A stretch of 64,000 bases of DNA from positions 6,138,001-6,202,000 of the forward strand of contig OZ024757.1 of the NCBI GenBank assembly GCA_964016885.1, given 5' to 3'. The position numbers and the translations under genes are program-made. Source of the DNA: Eledone cirrhosa. Lineage: Eukaryota. Under the pieces are notes generated by a model, which had not been told where the DNA came from, did no database searches, and worked only from the letters and a program-made list of their open reading frames with translations. This document shows, in pieces, positions 27,514 through 42,991 of the stretch; position 1 is the stretch's first letter; every line of letters begins with the position of its first letter.

Positions 27514-27595
27514 ACTTCCAACTAATTAGTTTCTGGAATGGAGTAAATATATTTTCCGAGGAAGATATAGAGAAACATTCCATCGTCAGGGAAGT
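27514..27595 (-). ncRNA. Type I hammerhead ribozyme, intact consensus
   Basis: ACTTCC-CTGACGA-TGGAATG...CATTCCA-GAAAC-TAATTA-GT-T-GGAAGT: 6-bp stem I, 7-bp stem II, palindromic stem III AACTAATTAGTT. Confidence 0.85.
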
Positions 27596-27860
27596 CTATT
27601 CTCAATTAAGTTTCCAGGCAAAGCGAGGACTCTGGAAACTTATTAAAAAATAATTCAGTGGATAGGAAATAGCAAAGCGTGGACTGAATTCCTAGCCATT
27701 GAGAAAATCACTGCCTCTGCGTCTGTGGCAAATTCAAAAAGAATCGAACACGTGACATCGAGGTCAATCAGTGGAAAGTGGTTTGCTAATAAGACAGCGG
27801 CCTGCCTACTACCATAGCAGCAGTCATGGCCAATATTGCTCGACAAATAATTTGGAGATA

Positions 27861-27986
27861 ATAATAAAGAATTCATATCTAGTAACATATATATACATAC
27901 AGATGCATATCAATGCTAGCAAATATATATTTGCTAGCATTGATATGCATCTGTATGTATATATATGTTACTAGATATGAATTCTT

Positions 27987-27992
<6 letters not shown>
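27861..27992. repeat. Perfect 132-bp palindrome without spacer
   Basis: Checked block by block; centre between 27926 and 27927. Confidence 0.95.
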
Positions 27993-28035
<43 letters not shown>

Positions 28036-28357
28036 TATATATATATGGATATATATATATATATTATATATATATATGCATATATATATATGGATATATA
28101 TATATATATTATATATATATATGCATATATATATATGGATATATATATATATATTATATATATATGCATATATATATATATATATATGGATATATATATA
28201 TATATATGCATATATATATATATGCATATATATATATATATGCATATATATATATATGCATATATATATATATGCATATATATATATATGCATATATATA
28301 TATTATATATATATATACATATATATATATATTATATATATATTTGCATATATATAT

Positions 28358-28391
<34 letters not shown>

Positions 28392-28727
28392 ATATTATAT
28401 ATATATATGCATATATATATATTATATATATATATGCATATATATATATATTATATATATATATAGGCATATATATATATGCATATATATTATATATATA
28501 TATGCATATATATATATTATATATATATATGCGTATATATATATTATATATATATATATATATATATTAGAATTGGAGCTCTGAAATAGCAATATATATA
28601 TGGATGTATATATAATGTATTTTGCAATACACTTTATGCTTAATTAAAAGCATTTTGAAGACCGTAAGCTATTGTTTTAAAGTAGTGACAAATTCACTCA
28701 CTTTGATCTTAGCAAACAGGGGAGATA

Positions 28728-28771
28728 AGCCGACAAGACTTGTTTCGCTTTGGTTGAAGCTTATCAAGGCC
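28728..28771 (-). ncRNA. Hammerhead ribozyme core, U3-A8 variant (copy A)
   Basis: GGCC-TTGATAA-GCTT-caacca-AAGC-GAAA-CAAG-t-CTTG-T-C-GGCT. Confidence 0.7.
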
Positions 28772-29043
28772 AACTACCCCACCTGTTTACTGAGATCATT
28801 GATGTTATATTTTTATTGAAATCTAGTAAATAATCAGGAGCTGATTATGCAGAGCGGTTGTTGGTCAGGCAGAAATAAAAAATTAGAATTGGAGCTCTGA
28901 AATAGCAATATATATATGGTTGTATATATAATGTATTTTGCAATACACTTTATGCTTAATTAAAAGCATTTTGAAGACCGTAAGCTATTGTTTTAAAGTA
29001 GTGACAAATTCACTCACTTTGATCTTAGCAAACAGGGGAGATA

Positions 29044-29087
29044 AGCCGACAAGACTTGTTTCGCTTTGGTTGAAGCTTATCAAGCCC
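29044..29087 (-). ncRNA. Hammerhead ribozyme core, U3-A8 variant (copy B, one stem I mismatch)
   Basis: As copy A, but the stem I 5' strand is GGGC instead of GGCC. Confidence 0.6.
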
Positions 29088-29282
29088 AACTACCCCACCT
29101 GTTTACTGAGATCATTGATGTTATATTCTTATAGAAATCTAGTAAATAATCAGGAGCTGATTATGCAGAGCGGTTGTTGGTCAGGCAGAAATACAACCGC
29201 TCTGCATAATCAGCTCCTGATTATTTACTAGATTTCTATAAGAATATAACATCAATGATCTCAGTAAACAGGTGGGGTAGTT

Positions 29283-29326
29283 GGCCTTGATAAGCTTCAA
29301 CCAAAGCGAAACAAGTCTTGTCGGCT
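29283..29326 (+). ncRNA. Hammerhead ribozyme core, U3-A8 variant (copy C, inverted)
   Basis: ggcc TTGATAA gcttcaaccaaagc GAAA caagtcttg TC ggct; stem I extends imperfectly to GATCTCAGTAAACAG/CTGTTTGCTAAGATC. Confidence 0.7.
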
Positions 29327-29546
29327 TATCTCCACTGTTTGCTAAGATCAAAGTGAGTGAATTTGTCACTACTTTATAACAATAGCTTACGGTCTTCAAA
29401 ATGCTTTTAATTAAGCATAAAGTGTATTGCAAAATACATTATATATATACATCTATATATATATATATATGCATATATATTTATTATATATATATATGCA
29501 TATATATATATATATATATATATGCATATATATATATATGTATATA

Positions 29547-29586
<40 letters not shown>

Positions 29587-29670
29587 TATATATATATATT
29601 ATATATATATATAAATATATATAAATCAAATAACAGGAGGCTGGACTGGTGTAAATCCTTGAAAGGTTTA

Positions 29671-29732
29671 CTATACTATGATAATTTCAATGACAGGGTT
29701 CCATATGAATCCGGTGATATCATCAGGTATTG
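29671..29732 (-). ncRNA. Possible degenerate hammerhead ribozyme
   Basis: CAATAC-CTGATGA-(imperfect stem II)-GAAAT-TATC-AT-A-GTATAG; core intact, stems weak. Confidence 0.35.
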
Positions 29733-29809
29733 GAATATAACAAAGGGATATGTAAAAACCATGGGTCCGAGAAACCAGAGACAGAAATGCATATATATAT
29801 ATATTATAT

Positions 29810-29854
<45 letters not shown>

Positions 29855-30161
29855 TATATAATATATATATATAATATATATATATAATATATATATATAA
29901 TATATATATATAATATATATATATAATATATATATATAATATATATATATAATATATATATAATATATATATATAATATATATATATAATATATATATAT
30001 AATATATATATATAATATATATATATAATATATATATATATAATATATATATATAATATATATATATAATATATATATATAATATATATATATAATATAT
30101 ATATATAATATATATATATAATATATATATATAATATATATATATAATATATATATATAAT

Positions 30162-30245
<84 letters not shown>

Positions 30246-30347
30246 ATATATATATATGCATATATATATATATATATATGCATATATATATATATATATA
30301 TATGCATATATATATATAATATATATATATAATATATATATATGCAT

Positions 30348-30382
<35 letters not shown>

Positions 30383-30406
30383 GCATACATATATATTATA
30401 TATATA

Positions 30407-30588
30407 GGGCGGTGGATTGGCAGTATCGGTAGAGGGTCGGATGCCATGCTTTCCAGCATAGTTACACCCTTTTACGATCTGAGTTCAAATCCCGCCGAGG
30501 TTGACTTTGCCTTTCATCCTTACGAGGTCGATAAAATAAAGTACCACTGGGTAATTGCTGGCCTTGTGCCTAAAGTAGAAACAATTAT
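30407..30588 (+). mobile_element. tRNA-derived SINE (family A)
   Basis: Full head, GAGTTCAAATCCC B-box, GCCTTTCATCCTTACGAGGTCGATAAAATAAAGTACC central block. Confidence 0.85.
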
Positions 30589-30625
30589 ATATATATATAT
30601 AGGCATATATATATATATATATATA

Positions 30626-30661
<36 letters not shown>

Positions 30662-30679
30662 CATACATATATATATATA

Positions 30680-30898
30680 TAATATAAAATCAAAAGATGG
30701 TTAAAAGCGTTCCATGTATTTTATTATGCGCATTTTTCCTGCTTCATCGAGGAAGATCTTAAAGATTATCCAGCCATCAGAGTATTCGGTTTATTTTCTT
30801 TACATATTGTCCAGGCATACAGTTTTTCCACGATTAGGTCTGTTGGCGTCTCGCGTTCCAAAATACCTTATCCCGTGCAACGCCGGGTACCACTGCTA

Positions 30899-30899
<1 letters not shown>
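30680..30899 (+). mobile_element. Short non-autonomous Helitron-like element
   Basis: GC-rich hairpin CCCGTGCAACGCCGGG (30872-30887), 8 nt, then CTAG followed by T; the 5' end is uncertain within (TA)n. Confidence 0.6.
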
Positions 30900-30969
<70 letters not shown>

Positions 30970-31642
30970 AGGGTCTTAACGTTTACCCGACAACCACTTC
31001 AACACCTATTGATCAGGTGAGCATGCCAGTCAGATTTTTATCCTCACCAGAAGATGAGATATTGACATTTGTAAACACACAATCCCCACCCCCTGGGGAA
31101 GAAATGCACCTCCTAATATAACCCAGTAGTTAGTGATGTCATAGACTTAGATTAACTTGAAGACTGGGGGCAACCTGGAGGAGAAGGATATGGAAGTTAA
31201 AGGACCCCTCAGCCAGTTCCAAATCTAGAGATATTTTGTTTGATCTTTACAACAGTAAGGAAGGACAAATAGAAACATACAATATAGGGGAACAGTGGGA
31301 GTTCCTGAAAGAAACTTTGCTGAAGGTGTCAAACTAGATCTGTAGCTGGAACAGGGCTTCAGAGAGAAGGAGAGTAACTTGGTGGTGAAACACTAGGGTA
31401 GATGAGACAGTTAAGGCCAAGAGACAGGCATGGAATAATGGCAGAATGGGGGAAGCAGGAGGGTACACTACCAGGAAGCTAGGCAAGAAGTATTCTTTGT
31501 AAGGAGGGAAGCAGAGAACATATAATTTCAGCTGGTTTTATGATGTGAGGACGAAATACATGAGATTTTCAGGATTATGAGGGAAAATTGTGATGTTGGG
31601 GTAAAGTGTGTCCAGGATGGTAAAGGGGCACTGACACTGAAT

Positions 31643-31838
31643 AGGGTCAGCAGAAAAGTTCATAGGCAGACCAAGATACTCTCATGGAATGACCAAATGA
31701 GGTTTATATTTCAATATAGTCCCTGGAAGGAAACAATGCAGTTATTAATAAGAAGAGTTGAAATTAATGCAGGTAAGATTTCACAGCTCTAGCATCATGC
31801 TATCATTGACAGTCTATGAACTTTTCAGCCAACCTTTG
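31643..31838. mobile_element. Mariner-like MITE
   Basis: Imperfect terminal inverted repeats GGGTCAGCAGAAAAGTTCATAG / CTATGAACTTTTCAGCCAACCT interrupting the RTE. Confidence 0.55.
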
Positions 31839-32922
31839 TAACATGGAAATTCCTTTATGAAAGATTACTGAATGAGGAGAATGCATGGGAGGAAGATAGT
31901 CTACAGAAAATGGGCCCAACAGAGGGTCCAGCCATACAAGTAAGCAGTAGCGTAGTAAGGTAATTAAGGATATGAAGACAGAGAAAGTATCTTGTCCATT
32001 GGTGAAAGTTGCTGAGATACTGAAAGTATCTGGGATGGTGGGTCACATCTTAACCACTGGTATCGTAAAGCAAGTAATACAAAATGGTGTCATACCAAAT
32101 AAATGGTGTAGTATCATCATCATCAACTGCTACAAGGGCAAAGGAGATGTACTAGAGCTAGAAAACTGTAGAGACATTAGATGGACCACTTCATGAAGAT
32201 GTTAGAGTTATAACACAGCTGATTAGGGACCAAGTTAACCTAGATGAGATGAAGTTTGGATTTGTGCCAGGTAAAAGTACCACTGATGTCCTCTTCCTTG
32301 TGTGGCAACTGCAAGAGCAGTACCTAGCTAAAATAAGCCCCTCTACTTGGCATTTGTTGACCCAGAGTGAGCTTTTGTGAGACTTACCCGTTCCATAATC
32401 TGGTGTATAACTTAGAAAACTAAGGTATGAGTGGCTTGTGAGAGCAGTAAAAGCCATGTATGGTGGAGCAGTCAGTAAGGTTAAAAGTAATGATGGCTAT
32501 AGTGAGGAGTTGAGTGAGCAAGTCTATCAGGGCTCTGTTATTAACCCTCTTCTGTTTATTATCATCCTGCAGGCTATTACATAAGAGTTTAAGACTGGCT
32601 GTCCATGGGAACTCCTGTATGCACATGATTGAACCCTTGTCACTTAATCTATGGTAAAATTAGAGGAGAAATTCCAAACCCGGAAGCATAGACTAGAATG
32701 AAAATGTCTTGGCAAAATAGAAAAGAAAATAGGGCCTAGATCCCCCCAAGAAAATGGCTTTGCTCAGTCTAAAGGAAAAGAGTAGGTAGAAATTCCAAAC
32801 TATGGATAAACAAGAGATGTAGTTGGATCTCAGTGAGGTTAGCAAAAGAATGTAAGTTGTGTATGTGCTTGAAGCACAAGAGCAATAAGTAGCAACAGCT
32901 CTCAAAAAACAAGCTACTTTAA

Positions 32923-33143
32923 CCCTTTAGCATTTACATTACTCTATATATACTATTGTATTTTTGTGGTAAAGGCTTTATCTTACATAATTATCTCACA
33001 TAATATCGAATCTATGAGATTTCGATATTATTTATATTGAGAACAATAGCTTAATGTCGGTATGAGTGGCCAGTTATGGCCGGTTTGAACAGAAAGATGC
33101 GAGAGTATTCTGGCTAGGTATAGCTGGTTTAAATGCTAAAGGG
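32923..33143. mobile_element. piggyBac-type MITE
   Basis: 14-bp perfect TIR CCCTTTAGCATTTA with TTAA on both sides. Confidence 0.85.
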
Positions 33144-35025
33144 TTAAATGTCCAGAAGGCTCTGTAGAAATTGGTTCATGATTTCTGTTAACTAGATGAC
33201 CAAATTAACACTGGAGGTGGGTGTTCTGAAGGTACAGTAGCCTGAGTGAGAATGGGATGGAAACAGTTTAGGGAGCTACTACTACTGCTGCCTACAAAAT
33301 GATTTCCCCTGAAAGTGAAAGGCAGATTGTATGAAGTCTGTGTACGAACAGCAATGTTACATTGAAGTGAGACCAGGGCAATATATTCAGAGGACCTATA
33401 AAGACTGGAAAGAAATGAAGTTTACAGGATCTGATAGATGTGTAATAGTGTGCATGAACAACAAGCATTAATAAACTGAGAGAGAAACTAGGTATAAGAG
33501 AGGTCAGATGCAGTGTAGAGGAGAGGAGATTGTGGTGGTTTGGACATGTGATGTATATGGAAGATGACAGCTGTATAAAAAGGTACAGGGTTGTCAAAGT
33601 CGATGTTAACTATGAAAGGGGAAGACCTAGGAAAGCTTGGGATGAAATAATTGTTTCTACATTTGGCACAAGGCCAGCAAATTACCCAGTGCATTACTGG
33701 TACATGAAATAATAAAAGCTCACCTTGCCCAATTAAACCTCTCAATGGAAATGTCACAGGATCAAGACCTGGCATCATGCTGTTCTGTAGAATACCCCTC
33801 CCCCTTTCCCATGTGCTGAAAATGAAATAAAACAATCATGTAGAGAACACACTAGTCTGCACCAATCTTCTCTTCACCCCTCCCCATTCATAAGACCCTG
33901 CCCTCACCTGCTAAATATCCCACACACCTCGTTGATGCTACAACAATAAAAACACCCAGTTCATCCTGTAAGGTGGTCATACAAAAGTGTGCAGTCCACA
34001 TTGTAACGTGTTTCGTGTTAAGAAGGGCATCCTGCCTTGGAAACCAAACCAAAATTCACATCCATATGAGACCTGGTCTCCACACCTGACGTCTCATAAC
34101 GTGACAACCTATTTAATCCATGCAGGTGTGATAAAATTGAACGTTAAATGATAATGTTGAAGATGATGATGATGATATATATATATAAACAAACGTAACG
34201 TAGTAAAGTACCAAGGGAGACAACTCCACCTTTGCTCAATTTAAATCCCATGTTAGTATGATTGAGCAGAGCTATAATTAAAGTTGTTCCAGCCGTGACC
34301 ATCATGTTCATATATATAAATATATACATTTGTGTGTGACTAAACTGTAGAATGTGGTCTTTGTAGGTGTTAGACAGTAGAGAGTGATATTTGACTGCTA
34401 TTTCTACCAAGTCAAGTAACCAGGTAGGAGACTCCCTCGTTGATACGTAATAAATATTTTACTGGGAGATGTTGCTTGTTTTACCAGGGGTTGGATACAA
34501 TTGATGGAGTTAATTGATATAACTGAAGGTCTTTCTGAAGGTATTAAATTATGTCAGGGACTTTTAAAGTATGACACCGGTTTTATTTATGATCAGGGAA
34601 ACATTGTCAACGACACCACGTACCTGCTATCTTAATTATAACTTTAATTAATCTAATTATATCTTGCGTATCAATTATCTCATGTTAAGGTGAAAGTTAA
34701 TATTCTGTAGATAACATAGAGTGAGCTACATGTTCCAGGGTAGGTGTTCCATCTCCTACATGATTAAATATTTCATTTCATGAGAAACTACGCTACATCG
34801 TGAATTGGTTGTTCCACATTTTACAGGACAGAGAGAAATAGGTTTAAATCACCAACATCTGAACAATTAGCTTCCCTGGTCTTTCTTGACTTTACACTTG
34901 GATTTGAAATATAAAGTATGTATTATTTGTATTGTTAACACATCAGATATTGTGTACTTTTATACACTCCGTAATAAACAATCCGGGTTTGTTAGGACTG
35001 CTTGCATATACATCGATACGCACCC

Positions 35026-35086
<61 letters not shown>

Positions 35087-35170
35087 TACATAGAGGGCCA
35101 TTTCTTACCCAAAATTACTCGTACACAATCATATCTCTTCTCGAGTTTTGAGAATTCTTCAAGAATTACG

Positions 35171-37000
<1,830 letters not shown>

Positions 37001-37239
37001 ATGTATATATATATATTATACATATATATATGTGTCACTTGCTGGATCTGCTAGAAGGACCCAGATAATATGAGATGTTCTCCCGGCTGTATCATATACT
37101 GCAAATCTATGCAGATGTATACACATAAATATACAGACACATAAAGATACACATGTAATTATACACACATAGAAGTGGTTGATAGCTTCTGTGACTTAAT
37201 TAGCAGTGGAGGATGACTGTATAACACCTGCCAATAAAA

Positions 37240-37665
37240 TATGATGCTGCATGGTAGTGAAACAAGGGCTGTGACAGCAGAAAAAAAGTGTAGACTGGAG
37301 AGGAATGAAGCAACCATGCTTCATTGGATGTGCCATTTAAGTGTGAGAGAAAGGCAGAGCTTGGACAAGTTGAGGGAGAAGCTGGGTTTAAGAGGGAACT
37401 TAAGAGATGTGTAAGAGAGAAGACTGCATTGGTACGAACATGTAATACACATGGATAATGTCAGCTGGGTGAAGAAGTGCCAGGACATCCCAGTAGAGGT
37501 AGACCAAGAGAGACCTGGACAGAGGCTGTGTGAACTGACTTCAAATGACTGACTCTCACAGAGGAGATGACAAAAGGACACGACAAGTTGAAAGATGCCA
37601 TGTTGAGAAGGACATGTCCAACCCAAGGAAGCATAAAAACAGTGATGATGTTGATGAAGATGACG
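37240..37665 (+). mobile_element. RTE LINE 3' fragment
   Basis: MLHGSE..RLERNE..RLHWY remnants and a GAT-rich tail. Confidence 0.7.
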
Positions 37666-37714
37666 TACATATACACACATACATAATAAATAAATCAAAT
37701 ACAGATATGCACAG

Positions 37715-37860
37715 TGGAGGCACATGGCTTAGTAGTTAGAGCATTGGCCTTGCAATCGAAAGGTTGTGAGTTCAATTCTCAGACTGTGTGATGTGTTGTT
37801 TCCTTGAGCAAGACACTTTATTTCACATTGCTCCAGTTTACTCAGCTGTAGAAATGAGAT
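37715..37860 (+). mobile_element. tRNA-derived CORE-type SINE (family B)
   Basis: TGGCTTAGTAG A-box, GAGTTCAATTC B-box, CCTTGAGCAAGACACTT core-like block. Confidence 0.7.
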
Positions 37861-38320
37861 GATAGGGACTGGGGTTCATATCATTCCACTGCAAAGTGGT
37901 CGTGGAGGTGCCACGGCAAAAAAGCACCCAGCACTCTCTGTAAATGAGGTTGGTGTTAGGAAGGGCATCCAGCTGTAGAAATCAAGCCAGAATCAGTTCC
38001 CGTCCCACCCTTGCAAGCAGGGAAAAGCGGACGTAAAATGATGATGATGATATGCACATACTTATATACAAACATATACATGGACACAAATTTCTACACA
38101 CATACATTCACATACATATAGCATATGTCAATTCTGAACAATACAGTTTTGTCAGCACAAGTCTTGGTTACAACTTCTACAAATAAAATGAAAAGAGAAT
38201 AATTTCTTAGTAAAACAGTTTTATTCAAGATATTAACAACATTGGTGGCACTATTTTAGGTGAGTGACATGGTTTTTATCTTGTCTGATTGTGTTTGTGT
38301 TGCATCAAGTAACCGTTACA

Positions 38321-38625
38321 AGAGAATTATTTATCACAGACACCACAGTGATATGGTTCCTTTCCTGTATGTGTTAGTGTGTAGGGAAGCCACAACATTT
38401 AGAGAATTATTTACCACAGACACCACAGGCATATGGTTCCTCTCCTGTATATGTTAGTGTGTAGGGAAGCCACAATATATAGAGAATTATTTACCACAGA
38501 CATCACAGGGATATAGTTCCTCTCCTGTATATGTTAGTGTGTAGTGAAGCCACAACATTTAGAGAAGGATTTACCACAGACATCACAGTGATATAGTTCC
38601 TCTCCTGTATGTTAGTGTTTGGTGA
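38321..38625 (-). repeat. 80-bp tandem repeat (x4) derived from a C2H2 finger unit
   Basis: AGAGAATTATTTACCACAGAC recurs at 38321, 38401, 38481 and 38561; the minus strand reads TGEEPYACGVCGK-like with stops. Confidence 0.75.
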
Positions 38626-38701
38626 AACCAAAATTAGAAAATGAATTACATGGACTGAGGTGGTAAGGGCAGACCTCTGAACCTCACGGTGTAAATGACA
38701 A

Positions 38702-39302
<601 letters not shown>

Positions 39303-39807
39303 TCACCAGAGAAAGATAGAAAAGAAGTAAGAAAAAGATATAGAGGAATAATTGACTCCTACTAATAAAAAGATGGAAGTTAAACTGGTGTTGACATGTC
39401 ACCAGGAGAGGAGATGATTGCTATATTAGAGAGTCCTATCAGAATGAATTTTTCACTAAACTGCCATAGAGCAGACCTCTCTAGAGATAGAAGGATGACA
39501 TTTATAGAGCATGCTGGAATACCACTGTTTGCATTGGAGAGAATTACTCTGGAAAGGAAAGTTGATATCTACAGTTTACCAATATAGAAATATAAAATTT
39601 CCACTGTTAAATCTATCTCTGCTTCTTAAGTATTCTGTATTATCTCATACTGTTTCTTTCTTATTTCAGAATACCAGATGACATTGGGATAAATTATTAT
39701 TTTCAATCTCGGATACATCACCTCTATTTATCATCATTTGAAGACTATTAACTGAAATCACAGCTGAGGGAAATATAGAAGATATATTTTTTAGGAATAT
39801 AATGTAA

Positions 39808-40701
<894 letters not shown>

Positions 40702-41014
40702 TGCATTGACATCAGTGATAAATCCTCTTAAAATTGTGAATTAATGAGAATACGAATATATATCAGTGTAATATCTATGGTAAATCATTCTTTCAATGCT
40801 ACATTAACTTCACACAAACATATACAGGTGGGAAGCCATATCACTTTGATATGTTTGGAAAATATATCTTTTAATGGAGCAATTTAACTATATATAGGCA
40901 TAGATGAGGGAAACCATATCATCATCATCATCATTTTACGTCCGCTTTTCCCTGCTTGCAAGGGTGGGATGGGTCCTATTCAGCAAAGCATCTCTTCACT
41001 TGTCACGGTCCTTA

Positions 41015-41770
41015 AAACGTATACGTTTGTGTCTAGGCAAGGCACTACTATCAGAGTGATATGGCTTCTCACCAGGAATACTAAACACTTTAGATTGTGT
41101 TTCACATTTAATCTTCTCACTCAATTTATTTAAATAATGATATTTTCTTCAACAGAATATACAATTGATTTACTTGTAATATTTCTTATATTATATTCCT
41201 AAAAAATATATCTTCTATATTTCCCTCAACTGTGATTTCAGTTAATATCTGAAGATAATACAAACTTATGTTTCACCCAAGTTTAGTTAAAATACAAAAC
41301 TATCTCATAGTGAAGAAAATAAACTCAGTTCTGAGGAAATATTTCACAGTAATTGAACTATAGATTTATATAAAGTGTTATATAAGTTCTGTTAAAATAG
41401 TTTTAGTCTTCAAATGATGATAAATATAGGTGATGTATCCAAGATTGAAAATAATAATTTATGCCAATGTAATCTGGTATTCTGAAATGAAAAAGAAACT
41501 ATGAGATAATACAGAATACTTTAGAAGTAGAGATAGATTTAACAGTGGACATTTTATATTTCTATGTTGATAAACTATAGATGTCAACTTTCCTGTCCAG
41601 AGCAATTCTCTCCAATGTAAGCAGTGGTATTCAAGCATGCTCTGTAAATTATATCCTTCTATCTCTAGAGAGGTCTGCTCTACGGGAGTTTAGTGAAAAA
41701 TTCATCCTGATAGGACTTTCTAATGTAGCTATCATCTCCTCTCCTGGTGACATGTCAACACAGGTTTAAC
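41015..41770 (-). pseudogene. Inverted paralog of the 5' flank and start of the same ZNF
   Basis: Reverse complement of ~39380-39915 with an extra ~160-bp segment; start codon region altered, fingers deleted. Confidence 0.8.
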
Positions 41771-41879
41771 ATATACATATATAAATATACACACACACAC
41801 ACACATATATATATAAATATATATACACACACATACATACATATACACACATATATATATATATACATATATATATATA

Positions 41880-42991
41880 TGCAACTTTTACAAACAACCG
41901 CAATGACAGAGGATGGAGACATAATTATGCTAGCAGGGGACTTCAATGGTCATGTTGGATAGCTCCAGGATGGTTACATTGGGGTACATGGTGGGCACGG
42001 TTACGACTCAAGAAATGAAGAAGGAGTGAGACTTCTTGAATTTTGTGCTGCAAGTACACTAACTGTTTGCAACACAAACTTCCAGAAACCTGCCAATCCC
42101 CTAATAACCTACAAATCAGGCGAGCAAATAAGCCAGATTGACTTCTTACTAGTTAGGCAGCGGGACAGGCAGATGGTGTCAAATACCAAGGCATACCCTG
42201 GGGAAGAATGTACCCCACAGCATAGGTTAGTCGTTAGTGATATCTCAGTAAGCAAGAGATGGAATGAGACATACAGGAAGGTATGGAGAAGAAAGGTCTG
42301 GAAGCTAAAAGAGCTTTCACTAAAATACAAATTAAGGAAAGCTCTTCAAGATGTGTATGATGAAAAATTAGAGACAAAAGACTATCATGGAAAGCTTGGA
42401 AAAAGGGTGGGAGTAGAGAAGGATATACAGCCGCTAAGTGAGAAGCTAGACGTCAGGTGTACTTAGCACGCATGGAGGCTGAGAGTAGAAGGTTTGCCAA
42501 TGTTCTTCGATGGGAAGATCAGAGGCGTGCGGTGTTCCACATTGCAAGGCAGTGTGTCAATGTAATGTTGCAGGAGATAAATGTGTCCGGAATGATGCCG
42601 GTGTACTTAGTGTCACGAATGATCAGAAAAAGGAGGCCTGGAAATGTCATTATGAAGACTGATGAATGTGGAGCACGAATGGGAGAGAGAGAAATTACCC
42701 TCAGTAGATCAAACAGAGGGACCAGCTATTGAGAGTGACGAATATAGGGTACAAGAGGCGACTAAGGAAATGAAAAATGGTAAGGCTTCTGGACCATCGG
42801 GGATAGTTGCTGAGATGCTGAAGGCATCAGGGGATGTAGGCACTAAACTGGTTGTACGCATCATCAATCAGGCTATATATGGTGGTGACATACCCAAAGA
42901 CTGGTGCAGCAGTATTCACATAAATTGCTACAAAGGTAAAAGGGATGCTCTAGAGAGGAGCAATTATAGAGGTATAAAACTGATGGATCAG
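41880..42991 (+). mobile_element. RTE LINE 5' part (APE to RT start)
   Basis: AGDFNGHVG, SQIDFLL, PQHRLVV, KASGPSG, NYRGIKLMDQ. Confidence 0.85.

Larger units (their letters stand above)
28566..29451. mobile_element. 316-bp hammerhead-bearing unit: two direct copies plus a ~256-bp inverted copy (retrozyme-like or pLTR-only element)
   Basis: Copies at ~28566-28881 and ~28882-29193 (period 316); 29194-29451 is the reverse complement of ~28921-29176 with a 17-nt loop; flanked by (TA)n. Confidence 0.85.
30990..34175 (+). mobile_element. Old, heavily decayed RTE LINE with nested MITEs and a SINE fragment
   Basis: Colinear remnants WRRRIWKLKDP, IIINCYKGKGD, FGFVPGKSTTD, GCPWELLYA, WFGHVM, then a (GAT)n tail. 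Confidence 0.8.

Noticed and set aside
28622-29432. Repeated [10 protein letters not shown]... ORFs in the 316-bp unit
   Set aside because: TTG starts, different lengths between copies, antisense to the hammerhead, no recognisable domain.
30407-30495. tRNA genes at SINE heads (also 2608, 37715, 50011)
   Set aside because: No full cloverleaf; each continues into a shared SINE body and tail.
30725-30790. Minus-strand CTGATGG...GAAA arrangement in the Helitron-like island
   Set aside because: Core deviates at A9 and stems I and III do not close.
34886-35170. N-terminal 95 aa of the tracked 392-aa ZNF ORF
   Set aside because: Starts at TTG and crosses a (TA)n run; the ATG at 35171 is the more plausible start.
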